Positions 1-12,000 of a DNA stretch of 64,000 bases are shown in pieces; position 1 is the stretch's first letter; each line of letters opens with the position of its first letter. The stretch lies in the NCBI GenBank assembly GCA_000091205.1, contig AP006494.2, one strand, 5' to 3'. The notes below the pieces were generated by a model. That model searched no databases. It saw nothing but the letters and a program-made list of their open reading frames with translations, and was not told where the DNA came from. The DNA is from Cyanidioschyzon merolae. Its lineage: Eukaryota. The translations under genes were made by a program, and so were the position numbers.

Positions 1-1141
1 CGAGTTTTGCAAGTTGCACTGCGCGTACCGTGCAACGTGTTGTTGGTAACGACCAACAACGTGCTCCGCATCGACGTTGCCCGCAGCTTCTGTTCGCAAG
101 CGATGCTGACCTGGTACTATCCCTTACTAGGCACACGCACGACCAAGATACTGTTGAAGCCAGACCTCTGCGAGGCGAGCTCGGTGCTGTGCACAAGGCG
201 GTCGTATCTCGCTGCGGATGGAGCTGTGCAAGAGGAAAAGGCTTAAGCGCCCTTTATCGTTCTTATGAACTCGCAGCGGGCGCTTGGACACCGCTCACCG
301 GAAGCAGCTCGAGACCAGTTTGGGCCCTGAACGGATACAGGCTCGGTGCATTACACTCGTGACCTTAGCCCGTACTCTTAGGACTGGTGCTGCTCCTGGG
401 TCACGAACGGTATTCGTTGACAGGCTCGACGCGAGTAGTGCAGCGTTCGCAGACGCTGCGTCCAAGACACAACGAACCCGCTACACCGAGCAGCAGCAAA
501 CGCACACCTGTAACTTGCGTCAGGGGGCACCGAGGCGCCTGGCACCGAGTGCTGGCATTCGCACAGTCACGTTTCTTGGCACTCCATTGCATTCATAGGC
601 GAGGGATCCATACGCCATCATGAGCTGTAGAGTGCGTTTACAACTTCAGTATCCATGCACAGCGCCACACCTGCACCGGCCAGAGAGATATAGAGCCATA
701 CCGCCAAGTAGGCTCTACATAGTTGCAAACCATGGTGACTCGATAGCAAACACGTGGACGTGGCTCCTAGCCAGGCTTTGATTCAACAATGAGCGATCAC
801 AGCGATATCGTTGAGGTTACGCGCCTCCAGTGACGACCCCGAGTGGTGCACCCGATCTACACGCCGTATCGCTGCCGCTCACGAACAGGATGCCTCTCGA
901 AAGCTGAGTTCCAACTCATTTGGATGCCGCGCACAAGTCATGATGCCCTTCTTCACGTTTCGATACGTTCAAAGGCTGCATGATACGCGATCTGAACAAA
1001 ACGACTCGATCTTAGCGTGGCTGCGAGCGTCTATTCGTTCTGGACTCGATTGCCTCCCAGCGGACGCGTTCGTTGCTAAAAATGCCAAGTGCAAGCACGG
1101 CTGCGGAGGGTATGCGTAAGCGCCGGACGCTGCGCATGTCA

Positions 1142-2917
1142 CTACATGCGGAGGTCGGTAATAGCGACGGTGCCATTGCTCAATGCAGCTGCGACTTTTG
1201 ATCCGGTTGCATTCCATGCCACCTCGAAGATACCGCCTTGGCAGCGCAGGACTCGAATGAGCTTGCCGCCCTCTCGCAGGCTCCATATCAGCATGTTGCG
1301 ATCGGAGGAACCGGACGCGAGGTACTGGCCACACGGTGAGAATGCAATGGAGAACACGGGCCCAAAGTGACGTGCCAAAGTAAGCGTCGCTTTGGCAGCT
1401 CCGTGCGCAGGCTCCCAGATACGCACTGTGCTGTCGAAAGACGCAGATGCGAGGTAGTGATTGGTGCCCGGGCTCCATCGCACGGTGTAGACCTCTTTGG
1501 TATGGTCAGTGTAGTCCTGAACGAGGTAATCACTACTTGAACTGACATTCTGGCCGTTGGATGTTCTCGACGCAAGCGATACGCTTGTTCCGCTCTGACG
1601 AATAGGTCGCCAGATTTTGACGGTGCAGTCGTCAGAGGCGCTTGCGAGCAGGGTACCCGTCGGGTCCCATTTGATACTATTGACTTCGTCTTGGTGCCCG
1701 CAGAAGACTCGAAGCGGCTTTGGCTCGCCAACGCGCCACACATAAATCATTTTGTCGCTGCCGGATGACGCGAGCGTGTCCTCGCTCTGCCAGTCCACGT
1801 CGAGAACTGGTGCTCGATGAAGCTGTACCTGTTGTTCCATTCGACCAGAGAAAGTGTCCCAAATGGCGACGCTGTGATCCACGCTAGATGTCGCCAGTCG
1901 CTTCCCTGTGGAGTTCCACTTCAACGAAAGGACCGGGCCAACATGAACCGTAAACATTCGTTCCAGTGCGCCCGTGCTGCTCCAGACGCGGGCGGCTCCG
2001 TCGTACGACGCGGTCGCCAGGTGATGACCATCGGACGACCAGTCCAGAGCGGTAACGTCACGGGATGGAGCGCGACGTTGACGCGCATTGCCCGGAGCGA
2101 GCGGCGCTCCACTCGTGCTGTTGACAGTGACCTCATCTGTTCCACTGGACAACGTGGGACTACCCCGTGGTTGACGTTCCTCCGAACTCTGATGACGAAG
2201 CTCGAGCGGCGGCGCGACAGCGGTTCGTCCCGAAGGCCCAGCAGGAACTGCCCAGATACGAGCAGTCGCATCGCCGCTCCCACTTGCGAGCAGGTACTCG
2301 TGGACGGGGTTCCAGGCTATGGCGAAAACTTCCGCAGTGTGCCCGTAAAGAACGGTGACTTCGCTGTCGTGAACGGTGTAAAGTGTCTCGGGCGCTGCTG
2401 CGGTATCGGGACCGGTCGCGCTGCGCCGAGCCGGAGCCTCCACTGCAACCACGTTTCGACGTCGTTTGGGCCTGTTGACCAGCGCCCGATGTACGTCAGC
2501 AAGGTTGACAACTACCGGAGTCCTTGCATCTTTTTTATCCGCAGAACTGACGGTCTCGGGGGCAAGCGCACCGTTTTCCTCGCAGCTTGTGCTACGTTTG
2601 ACGCGCTCTGCGTGCAAGCGCGCAACGTGCGCTTCAATCTCAGCGTAGCTGACGCCTCGCTGCAGAAAACCCAAAAGAGCCCCTGGTGGAACTCCAGTAG
2701 CATCAAAGTCGTTTTCCAGCACAAGCGCCTCGTGACCAAAAGTAAAGGCCGAGTGGGTGTAACCACTCTCCAATAGGTAGCGAAAGACTAGGTAGTTGAC
2801 CTCCTCGGACGTGATAGTGTTCGACATGCCGAGGTGTGCAACCCGGCGTCGGGCGTCCCTGTCCGAGCCCCTCTGCGGATATGAAGCTTGTGCCCCAAAG
2901 AAAGTAGAGTTTTCCAC
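1142..2917 (-). CDS. TBL1/TBL1XR1-like (Ebi/Sif2 family) WD40 corepressor subunit, intronless 591 aa
   Basis: N-terminal LisH motif EEVNYLVFRYLLESGYTHSAFTFGHEA, followed by WD40 repeats and the C-terminal IRVLRCQGGIFEVAWN...TDLRM typical of TBL1; full ORF in the track. Confidence 0.85.
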   Translation of the reverse strand: MENSTFFGAQASYPQRGSDRDARRRVAHLGMSNTITSEEVNYLVFRYLLESGYTHSAFTFGHEALVLENDFDATGVPPGALLGFLQRGVSYAEIEAHVARLHAERVKRSTSCEENGALAPETVSSADKKDARTPVVVNLADVHRALVNRPKRRRNVVAVEAPARRSATGPDTAAAPETLYTVHDSEVTVLYGHTAEVFAIAWNPVHEYLLASGSGDATARIWAVPAGPSGRTAVAPPLELRHQSSEERQPRGSPTLSSGTDEVTVNSTSGAPLAPGNARQRRAPSRDVTALDWSSDGHHLATASYDGAARVWSSTGALERMFTVHVGPVLSLKWNSTGKRLATSSVDHSVAIWDTFSGRMEQQVQLHRAPVLDVDWQSEDTLASSGSDKMIYVWRVGEPKPLRVFCGHQDEVNSIKWDPTGTLLASASDDCTVKIWRPIRQSGTSVSLASRTSNGQNVSSSSDYLVQDYTDHTKEVYTVRWSPGTNHYLASASFDSTVRIWEPAHGAAKATLTLARHFGPVFSIAFSPCGQYLASGSSDRNMLIWSLREGGKLIRVLRCQGGIFEVAWNATGSKVAAALSNGTVAITDLRM

Positions 2918-3104
2918 GAAAGTGTTCGAAAGCTTCCCAACAGCAGCTCACAAACGAACGCAGTTGCCTAGCAACAGCAGAGACAGCGGCAGGTGCGCGC
3001 CAGCGAGCAGTTGGGTGCGGGATATATCTGTACAATAAGGACATATCAAATGCAATCATCTGCGGCGCATCCACTGCGACGGATACCGGCTTTCGCCCTG
3101 CAGT
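2918..3104. promoter_or_regulatory. 187 bp head-to-head intergenic region; putative bidirectional promoter between TBL1-like (-) and Myb (+)
   Basis: Divergent start codons at 2917 (- strand) and 3105 (+ strand) with only 187 bp between them. Confidence 0.4.
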
Positions 3105-4469
3105 TTGGGTTGCGGTGAAGGTATGGACCCAGGCAAGTCCACGGGGGCAACAAGTGGGACGCTTTCAGCCGTGCTTGTTTTGAAGGACGGTACCGACAAG
3201 GTGTTTAACCTGCACGGGTTCCGAGTGTGTGGAGCGCGCAACTGTAAGCAGCTTTTTTGTGGTCGTCTGGGGCGTTGTCCTTTCCACGCTGCGCAGTTTC
3301 TTGCTGCAGACGACTGGCAACGTGACCAGCTGGACTTGAGCGAGCCGCGGGCGGCACAAGGACCAGAAGCTGTTGATGCGGTTGCTGTTGCGCCACGTGA
3401 GCAGCTGGTGTGCCGTTCTGGCGCAACAGCGAGTACAGCGGTCGGAACTCTACGTCAAAGCGACAAAGGCGAGCTCGCCGGTGCCCCCGGGTCCCGGGGC
3501 AGCGCTGCGGAAACATCTGCGCGGCCGACAGTCGGCGAATATAGCTTATCGCAAGGGCGAGGTGCCGACTACTTGTCAGAGGACGCACGTAGGTGCGCGC
3601 TGAAGAGCGGGGCAGCAGTCATTTTGATCGCAGGTGGCAGAGAAGGACGCGAGGAGGAGCTCTGCGGACCGGCGGCGCTGCGCTTCTGGGAAGCGTGGCG
3701 GGCAACGAGCCACGCTGAACCGTCTCTAAAGCGGGCTCGTTTTAAACGAGCATGGAGCTTGCAAGAGCACGCTCGGTTTCTCGAGGCTCTACGCATCTAT
3801 GGTAAGGGGAAATGGAAGGATATCGCCGCGTACGTGGGTACCCGCAGCGCAGCCCAGTGTCAGAGCCACGCGCAAAAGTTTTATGATCGTGCGTTCGTGC
3901 AGCTGGGGTCTCAAACAGATAGCGGTGCTTCGTGCCTCGGAACGACGCTGTGCGCTCCGTCGAGGACCTCTCGCAAACGAAGCATTCACGACATGCGCGA
4001 TCCGCACGCGATCCACCTGGAGCTGGCCCGTCAGCGGCAGGCTCAGCAGCATCGAGCAGAGCGGGATGCTCGGCGGACAGCAGCGCAGCGGAGGAAACTG
4101 CTGGACGCCGAGGCAACCCGCATGGAGGCGCAGCTGCGTTCGCACCTGGACGCATTCGTTAGGGAGCACGCCGAGCAGCTGCCCACGAAAAGAATCGCAT
4201 CAAACATGCGTCGCAGTGTCCAAAAATGTATACAGGACTGGAAACATAAGCATCTAGAGGAGGCATCGGAGACTGCAACCGCCAGAGAGGAGTCGTCTGT
4301 TGTGGATGCTGCCTCTGACGATGAACTCGTTCCGCTCGTTTTCATGGTACCCGAGGAGGCGATGCCAGCAGGTTCTCATGTGGTACTGCTGCGAAAACCG
4401 ATTGTTTTGAAACAAAGCTCCCCGTCTACAAACGTTGCAGCCGAGTCATCGTCGCTGCCGTTTCCCTGA
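3105..4469 (+). CDS. Myb/SANT DNA-binding protein of the SHAQKYF class
   Basis: Single Myb repeat WSLQEHARFLEALRIYGKGKWKDIAAYVGTRSAAQCQSHAQKFY (about nt 3753-3890), with the diagnostic SHAQKF signature. Flanks are low complexity. The true start may lie downstream of 3105. Confidence 0.65.
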   Translation: MGCGEGMDPGKSTGATSGTLSAVLVLKDGTDKVFNLHGFRVCGARNCKQLFCGRLGRCPFHAAQFLAADDWQRDQLDLSEPRAAQGPEAVDAVAVAPREQLVCRSGATASTAVGTLRQSDKGELAGAPGSRGSAAETSARPTVGEYSLSQGRGADYLSEDARRCALKSGAAVILIAGGREGREEELCGPAALRFWEAWRATSHAEPSLKRARFKRAWSLQEHARFLEALRIYGKGKWKDIAAYVGTRSAAQCQSHAQKFYDRAFVQLGSQTDSGASCLGTTLCAPSRTSRKRSIHDMRDPHAIHLELARQRQAQQHRAERDARRTAAQRRKLLDAEATRMEAQLRSHLDAFVREHAEQLPTKRIASNMRRSVQKCIQDWKHKHLEEASETATAREESSVVDAASDDELVPLVFMVPEEAMPAGSHVVLLRKPIVLKQSSPSTNVAAESSSLPFP

Positions 4470-4877
4470 TTCCGACCATTCGATGTCAGACGGCAAGCGG
4501 CGACAGCCGCGACGCCTATCAGGTCTCGAGCAGGGCGTTGCGGTACCGTGTTCTTGGCGTTGCTGGACAGGATTCGGGGACTCTGGTACCAGCGACGACC
4601 AGCTTGCCCTGGTACGCCCGTGCATCGGCGCGCCAGCGGCAGAGGCGAGATCGCGGGGTGGTGACCGTTCTGTGCCTTGATGTGCTGATTTGTACGTTTT
4701 TGTTGATTAATATTCATAAACGTTACGTCTTGTTCCATGTCGACACCAGCAGAAGCACTCGCCAGCACCGGCACCAGCACTAGCCCTGCGTCCTCGTGCG
4801 CTTTCGAACTTGCACGCGTAACTGTCGCTTCGAACGTGTTCATTTGAAAAACCCGACCCCTGCACCGGTATGACGCC

Positions 4878-6689
4878 ATGCCTCTAGGGCGCACTCGCTC
4901 GGAATCGAGTCCAAACTCGTTGGTCACAGAGAACGAAACCGTTGGAAACCAGCCAGAGGGAAACCGAGGCGGCGTAGCCAGGGTCACGAGGCGAGCGCTG
5001 CGTCGTAGTGCAACGGCCGGCGTTGCGACCAACTCGACCGGGACTGCCGAGTCTGCAAACGCACTCAGCGAGTGCAGCATACCAGGCGAAACGAGCTTCG
5101 AGCACGGGACGCTGCGTGAACCTGGTCAGCGGTCAAGCGACTCCAGCCTGGAGCGTGCGACGCCCACCGCAGCCAGTGACCTTGAGCTCGCCTCGGATAC
5201 GTCTGACGAGAGCGCACTTCGCCGAGAGCGCTCCGAACGACATCGGATACAACGAAGTCATGCCGTTTCTTCTTCTCTAGTGGCTACTGAATACGACGCA
5301 GTGGGTGGCAAGGCCGGAAACACACCACGTTCAACCCTGTCGCCTCAGGCGAGTGCGTCGAGCGTCAGCGACGAGGCTCTGGACGCCGACCTGAGTAAGC
5401 ACGTGGACCTGGGTCGAATTCCGCTGCCGCGAAACTTGCAGCTCATAGCGCAGTCACAAATACTGCATGAGCCGCACCTGGGCTCCATCGTCGACGTGCG
5501 CTATAATGATGAACTTCAGCAGCATGAATACTACATCCATTTCGATGGATGGAATAAACGGCTGGATGAATGGCTAACGATCGAGCATTTCGACCTTTCG
5601 GATTTGTCAGAGCGTCTCAGGGAGCATTATCGTCGCGAGCGAGCATCCCAGGCGAGGCGCCGCTCGCGTTCTAGCGCTACGGCGAGCAGTGGCAAACGTT
5701 TGCGCAAAGCGGAGCATGCCACCGCCGCCGACGTTGCTTCTTCCACTGCTGCTGCTGCTGCTGCTGCCGCTTTGGGTAACGAGTCTCGTGCAGATCAACA
5801 ACAAAAGGCTGCTTCAGGCACTAGTGCTGGCGCAGACCTGCCTGCGGATGTGGTCACTCGGGTGAAAAACCTCCACAGCATCGTCATCGGACGCTGGGAG
5901 ATGGAGACCTGGTACTATTCGCCTCTTCCACCAGAATACCGCAATTTGCGAACACTCTACGTGTGCGAATTCACACTCAAATTCTTCCGTACCCGAGATG
6001 GGCTTGAGCGACATCTCGCACGAAACACGCGATGGTGCCCACCTGGACGGGAGATCTATCGCAAGGACCATCTCGCGGTCTTCGAGGTCGATGGCGCCCG
6101 GAATCATTTCTACTGCCAGAACATCTGCTACATATCCAAGCTGTTCCTGGACCACAAGACCCTCTACTACGACGTGGATCCGTTCCTGTTCTACGTACTA
6201 TGTGAGATTGATGATTGGGGATACCACTTTGTCGGCTATTTCTCCAAAGAAAAGGCCAGCGAGGAGAACTACAACGTTGCCTGCATTCTCACGTTGCCAC
6301 CCTACCAGCGCAAAGGGTACGGCAAATTCCTCATTGCGCTCAGCTATGAACTGAGTCGACGCGAGGGTATCCGTGGTTCGCCCGAGAAACCGCTCAGCGA
6401 CCTCGGATTGCTCGGCTACCGCAGCTACTGGAGTCAGATCCTCATTGATCTACTGATGAAAGCGACTGGTCCGCTGAGCATAGAGGATATTGCCGATCGC
6501 ACAATGATGAAAACCGAAGATATCATTGGCACACTCCGAGCACTGGATCTCGTGCACTACCACGAGGGCCAACACGTCATCGATTTGAGGCGTGTCGAGC
6601 ACATGGATCTCGGTAACCGTGGTATGCCCTTCGATCCTCAGTATCTTCGTTGGTCGCCACCAGTCGAGCGCAAGCGGCGCAAATCATGA
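4878..6689 (+). CDS. MYST-family histone acetyltransferase (Esa1/Tip60/MOF-like) with N-terminal chromo barrel
   Basis: Tudor-knot GSIVDVRYNDELQQHEYYIHFDGWNKRLDEWL; MYST core LYVCEFTLKFF...HFVGYFSKEK...TLPPYQRKGYGKFLIALSYELSRREG (zinc finger plus acetyl-CoA site). Confidence 0.9.
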   Translation: MPLGRTRSESSPNSLVTENETVGNQPEGNRGGVARVTRRALRRSATAGVATNSTGTAESANALSECSIPGETSFEHGTLREPGQRSSDSSLERATPTAASDLELASDTSDESALRRERSERHRIQRSHAVSSSLVATEYDAVGGKAGNTPRSTLSPQASASSVSDEALDADLSKHVDLGRIPLPRNLQLIAQSQILHEPHLGSIVDVRYNDELQQHEYYIHFDGWNKRLDEWLTIEHFDLSDLSERLREHYRRERASQARRRSRSSATASSGKRLRKAEHATAADVASSTAAAAAAAALGNESRADQQQKAASGTSAGADLPADVVTRVKNLHSIVIGRWEMETWYYSPLPPEYRNLRTLYVCEFTLKFFRTRDGLERHLARNTRWCPPGREIYRKDHLAVFEVDGARNHFYCQNICYISKLFLDHKTLYYDVDPFLFYVLCEIDDWGYHFVGYFSKEKASEENYNVACILTLPPYQRKGYGKFLIALSYELSRREGIRGSPEKPLSDLGLLGYRSYWSQILIDLLMKATGPLSIEDIADRTMMKTEDIIGTLRALDLVHYHEGQHVIDLRRVEHMDLGNRGMPFDPQYLRWSPPVERKRRKS

Positions 6690-7287
6690 GTCCTTTCCGA
6701 TTGGTATTCGGCAACGCAGACAGACGGTGTATCGATGATGAGACGGGCGTTTATCGGAAAGTGCGCGGAAGAAGCGCAACACACATACCAGCGACGTGGC
6801 AAGATGATGCCTCGCTGCTGCGCGGGTGTATCGATACCGTTTGGTATGCACCATAGATACCCGCGTGCACTGCACGGCGCCTTTGTTCCGCGAATAAGGC
6901 TCCAGTCTAGACACCGTTCCAAAACGTAAAAAGCTCTGAGCGCCGCATGCTGGTATCACCGCGAATATGCCGGTATCTAGGAGCGTCGCTGCGGTATCGG
7001 CTCGTGTGCAACAATGCCGCAGTGCGGTGGTGTGTTGCCGAGTATCCCCCACTATGAACTGCTCGCATACGACACCTGAAAGCGAAGACCACCAATCCGC
7101 CACAACAGGAAAGCGGGTTCATAGCACAATATACCGAGCTCGGGAGCGGGTCTCAGGCTTGTTCGGTGGCGCCCGCGGTGGTGCGCTTCAGCGTCTCCAT
7201 ACATTCGGAGACAGGGCGACGAACCAGCGACCCCTGGAACCAGCAACAGTCCGCAGATGCACCAAGCGACTGCCCGTTGTTTCCACC

Positions 7288-7773
7288 CTATGCCTGCGTA
7301 TGTCGCTCGAGCTGGCGAAGTCGCCGTCGTCTGGTTTTCAGTAGTGGTGCATACTCTGGTTGCTGGCGCTCCTCGAGCCACGCCGGTTGCCAAACCGCAA
7401 GACTAGCCAGCTCCGTCGTGTCACTGCCAGTGCTGGGCTTATCTGCACCGGAGAGGGAACCTTCTGGCAGCAACTCGCTCAGACGGATCGACTGCAGTAG
7501 CTGCGGATCGAAGGCGGCAAGCGGTACACCAGCGTGTGCCTCCAGCTGCAGCGCAACTTCCAGAAGTGAGCCGGCTCGACAGTGCGGACGGAACGGCAGT
7601 GCCAACACCTCCGTGAGATCTGCAACGTGCCCGAGACACGAACTCGGTAGACGAGCGCGCCTTAGCGTCTCAAATGTCTCCCAGAGTCCGTTCTCTTCGA
7701 GGACACGTGAGCGATCGTCGGTAACGGACCCCGCCATGCTGCTCGACTCGACGTCCGACGCCTTCTCCCGCAA
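7288..7773 (-). CDS. Hypothetical small protein (161 aa), unrecognised
   Basis: Balanced amino-acid composition, in contrast to the Ser/Arg/Cys-rich overlapping + strand ORF 7166-7801. Sits in the 1.4 kb gap between the MYST and SF3B3-like genes. No motif recognised. Confidence 0.25.
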   Translation of the reverse strand: MREKASDVESSSMAGSVTDDRSRVLEENGLWETFETLRRARLPSSCLGHVADLTEVLALPFRPHCRAGSLLEVALQLEAHAGVPLAAFDPQLLQSIRLSELLPEGSLSGADKPSTGSDTTELASLAVWQPAWLEERQQPEYAPLLKTRRRRLRQLERHTQA

Positions 7774-8157
7774 GAGTGTTTCCAGCCAAAACTCAGTTTA
7801 GCTCGATTTCTCTATTTTACCGCACAGTCTGGACGGTTCCGAGCTACTCTACTCGAGTTGTGTAGCGTGAAGAGACGGAAGCGCCGCTTCGGGCCCTGCC
7901 GCCCCAGCCCCGTCAACGCGCTTTCGCACTGGCGTCGATGGAGGCGACGTTGCGCGAGCCGCAGGCACCTTCGACAACGCAGTGCCGCTTCTCCAGCGGT
8001 TGGTTGCAGCGACGACCCCTCTCCTGGTACCGGAACAGCGTCAATCGGGAGCAACTTGCGGACAACGAGGCCAGCTCCTGGCCCTAGTCCATTCAAGGCG
8101 TGCTGCACGCGCTTCTGTCTCGTGCATCTCGTGTGTTGTATAGGACGCTGAGGTGCC

Positions 8158-9043
8158 ATGGCGGAGCCGCTGGCTCTGTTTGCGCTGGATCTGCAGCAGC
8201 CAAGCGCCTTGGTAGCCGCAACCTCAGGTTATTTCACGCAAGAGGAACCAACTGGTACGCGGGACTTGGTGCTGGTCCGCCAGAGTGGGAGCTACGGTGC
8301 GACAATTGAGTGCTGGGCTTATAACGCGGAACTGGGAAAACTACAGCGAGTTCAGGCGACGAGTGCCGCTTTCGCCGAGGCTTCCAACGGGGTCACGTTC
8401 GCGCATATTTGGCACGTTGCTCCGGTACGCAGCTGGAGTGGACCTGATCACTTGCTTGTGGTTTCAGACTCTGGCACGCTGAGCTTGCTGAAATGGTGCG
8501 GCTCGGAGGCCGTATCCGCGGGTAGCATTCGTGCTTCATTGAGGCCGTGGTGCGTCGAGCAGGCTGCTGCCGCTGATGCCGATGTCACATACGACATTGG
8601 CTGGAAATGCGTCAGCAGCGCTGTCTTCAGCAAACCGGGAGCACGAGCGAGTCGCCCCGGTGCTTTCCTAGCAATCGATGAACAAAGTCAAGCCTGTGCA
8701 CTGGCTTCGTTGGACGGATCGATCTGTGCATTTGCGCTTCCGCAGCACACCTCGGAAGCCTCGACTGCATCAAAGGCTGGTCATCGATACTCGGGCAAGA
8801 AACGGAATCCAGCGGGAACCGTACTTTCTCGATCAGCGACGTCTGTGCAGACGAGTCGCGAGAATCCTGTCCGTCGTTCATCTCGACGCCGTAAACGCCC
8901 ACTCGGTGCGGACGCAGCCTCCAGCGTATCGAGTGTGGAAGCTGGGGCGATGCACCCCGGCAGTCAGCGTGCGGCTAGCGACAGGCGTGCCTCGCGTCGA
9001 GACAAGCTGACGGAAGGTACCAGCACCCATTTCACTGATGATA

Positions 9044-9080
<37 letters not shown>

Positions 9081-12000
9081 TGATAGTGATGATGATGATG
9101 ATGATGATGATCATGACGATGATACGAATGCCCGGCTCGGAGACGGTGCTCCATCTGGTGACGCAGACGAAGACGGCCATGAGGATCCCGGTCGAACGAC
9201 GAGAGGCTTCTCCGCCCCCATCGAGTGGTCGACCGAAGATCGAATGGCGCTCGGTGTAGGCACATGCTTCGGACTTGTCGCGCTACCGTGGTCTCGTGCA
9301 GAGAACGAGTCGCTGTTTGTCATGCTCATGGATCGCTCACTATCGACAGCAACAGTGGCGCCCGGACCTGATCGTCGCTTGCTGCTCCTGCTGGTCGACC
9401 GTAACGCTCAAACCGTACACGCCAAGGCGATGAGCAGCCCGCTGGACCCCAGTGCATATGGCATCTATGCGCTCTCTGACGGAATGCTTCTCATTGTATC
9501 GCGCTCCACCGTTGAAGTCTGGTGCTTTCGCGGTACCCCGGAAGCGAACGCGAATGAAGAGCCATCGTCAGGGTTTTCGGCAAATGCGGGGACGTTCTCC
9601 TGCCTCGCGAAGCTTCCACACCGAGCGCTGCTTACCAGGAGGTCCTCGACGAGAGACGGCGCTCATGATATCACGGTGCGTAACGCCTTGTTCGACAGCG
9701 CACACCTCCAGGCAAACGGGGAACCTTCGGGGAGCGTTCTCATAACAGCAGCCGCGCTCTGGGAGGCAGCTTGCTCAAGGGAACAGCTTTGCGTGCTCCT
9801 TGGCGACGAAGATGGCTATCTATTCCGGTTGACGATTGTGCTCAGGCCCGTCGAGGACGGCATCCAAAGCGAAGCACTTTCCGTGCGGATGTTGGGACGC
9901 TTCCACGCACCCGTTAGCGCTCTCTGTTTCCTGGGCGGTGATGACATTGCAGCAGCCGCGGTCTTTGTGACCCTGGAGCAAGGGGATCATGCCGTTGTGC
10001 TCCTCGATAGGCCGCAGCTGCAAGCTGGGAAGCGCGACTCGCTTCCGGTCGCATCCGCGCTGCCGGATACGAGCAGCGACGGCACCTCTGCGTCCAGAAC
10101 GGAGCACCTGGCGGGCCTTGACGACGCCATGAGCAACAGCAACAACACGCTGAGCATTGTCGATACGATACCTGGTCACCATCCGGTGATCATGAGTTTG
10201 CTGTTGCGGACGGATCGCTGCTGCCAAGCTGAAGCAGCACAAACTGGCTGCCTGCCGACCTGGCAGTTACTGGGAGCGTCAGCTACCGCTGATCCCAATG
10301 AAACCCCCCTCCGTATCTTCGTACCAATGCGGGATACAGTAGCACTGGCACAGTCACCGGTGGACGGTCGAGCACAGCGGGTCTTCGCCCTGCCGCCGCT
10401 GCTCCAGCGTTCTACCACGGAACCGGCTGCAACGTTGCCGCCTGAATCAGTCTCCGATACCGCAACTGTTGCTCTCCTGGTGCTCTCGTTTACCCAGCAG
10501 ACGCGAGTGTTTCGCTTCCAGTCCCTGGCGCTTCACGAGGAACACACGCTCGGTTTCGAGCACAACACGAGCACCGTTCATGCAGCACTGCTCTGCAGTG
10601 ACTGGTCGCGTAGCGCTTGCTGCTGGGTTCAGGTTCACAGCCATGGGGTGCGCTTGATCGGTGCGGCGTCCTCGGACTCAAGAAGCGCCTCTGTGGTCGA
10701 CGTGTACACCGCCAGCACGCAGCAGCCCATTGTAGCGGCCGATAGCACTCTATCCCAAGTGCTGCTGCTCCTCGCCGACGGTCAACTGGTCTACCTGGTA
10801 GCTTCCGACACCGATTCGGATTCTGACAAGCAATCCAAAGTCAGAGGTAACGCTTCTCCGCCGGCCATGGAGCTCGGATTCGGGCCCCGGAGTGCTTTAC
10901 AAAGCGCTGCGGCGGCTAATGCGCCCACCGAAGCTCCTCCACGAATACCACCGTCGCCAACGAGTCGTGCTGTGGCCTGCTGCCTGGTGCCGCTGGATAA
11001 TCCATCATGGTCCTCGTATTTGGTTTACGTCGAAGCGGGTGCATCTCCAGTGCTGCGCATCTGTCAGGTGCCGGAGCGAGCGACGCACGCTCCCGTGCAG
11101 TGCCTGTACAGCGTGCTTCTGCCGCAGCTGCCAACCGGGATAGCTGCAGTGCACACCGCAGGCACAGCGTCGCTTGTCGACCTCTGGGCAGGCCTCGAAG
11201 ACGGTACCTTGCTGCGCGTTGAGGCGGTAGATGTGGCCGAGCTCCAGATGACAACAGAGCGAGGCACACCACGTCTGCACAGGTATCACCTCGGAGCGGC
11301 AGCCGGTCTGCGCCTGCGTCGCGTGCTGGTGCCACCAGCGCTCGGCACAGAAGCGTTGCTGGTGTTGGGCTCGAGTTCCTGGTTGATACCACTCTCGTCG
11401 TCGTCGTCGTCGTCGTTATGGACGCATCCGTACCCCATTCACGCTGGGCAGCTACTCGATGCCGCCAGTTTTCCCCTGCCGCAGATGTGCTCCACCGTGG
11501 ATCCCGAGACGCACTCAGAGGCTGTTGCGGTGTTTCCAGCGGCAACAGCGATCGCAGCGCTCAGCGAACAGGGTCGCACGCTCGAGTTTCTCAGCTTTGC
11601 CGCCGACGACTCGAGCTCTAACCTGCTCACCATTCGCCCAGTGTCGAAGCCGCAGCCAGCAGATGCTGCTGCATCAGGAACCACTGTGTCACGGAAGGTT
11701 GTCCGCAAACTCTGCTGGATCTTTCCCAATGAACTTGCCGCCATTGCGATAAGTACAGAAGGCGAACGCGGACCCCAGGTTCAGTTGCAGCTGGTACAGG
11801 TCCCCGGATCAGAACGGGTAGCGTCGCAGCACTTGTCATCGAGCGACATGGAGTCGCATGCTTTCTGGCAGCATTTGCGGCTTGACGGAGGTGTGCGTAT
11901 CGCCGGTGCACCCGCCTGGGGCGGTATACGCGTCACCAGTATGATCAGCGTCGATTTACCGTCATTATCATTACCATCGTCAGATACAAAGAACGAACAG

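Noticed and set aside
7-623. Overlapping short ORFs at the window start (7-246, 30-362, 284-598, 387-623)
   Set aside because: No motifs. Several frames are open at once, which points to GC-rich noncoding or UTR sequence. Could be the 3' UTR of an upstream gene.
1288-2776. Long antisense or alternative-frame ORFs inside the TBL1-like gene (1288-1743 on -, 1817-2776 on +, 1921-2283 on -)
   Set aside because: They lie entirely within a well-supported WD40 gene, have Arg/Ser/Cys-rich composition typical of off-frame GC-rich translation, and carry no motifs.
9032-9265. Poly-His/poly-Arg ORF (HHHHHHHHYHRHRRRRRRRRRRY) and a poly-Thr/Met ORF on other frames and strands
   Set aside because: These are alternative-frame and antisense readings of the (GAY)n poly-Asp coding tract inside the SF3B3-like gene. 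They are repeat artefacts.
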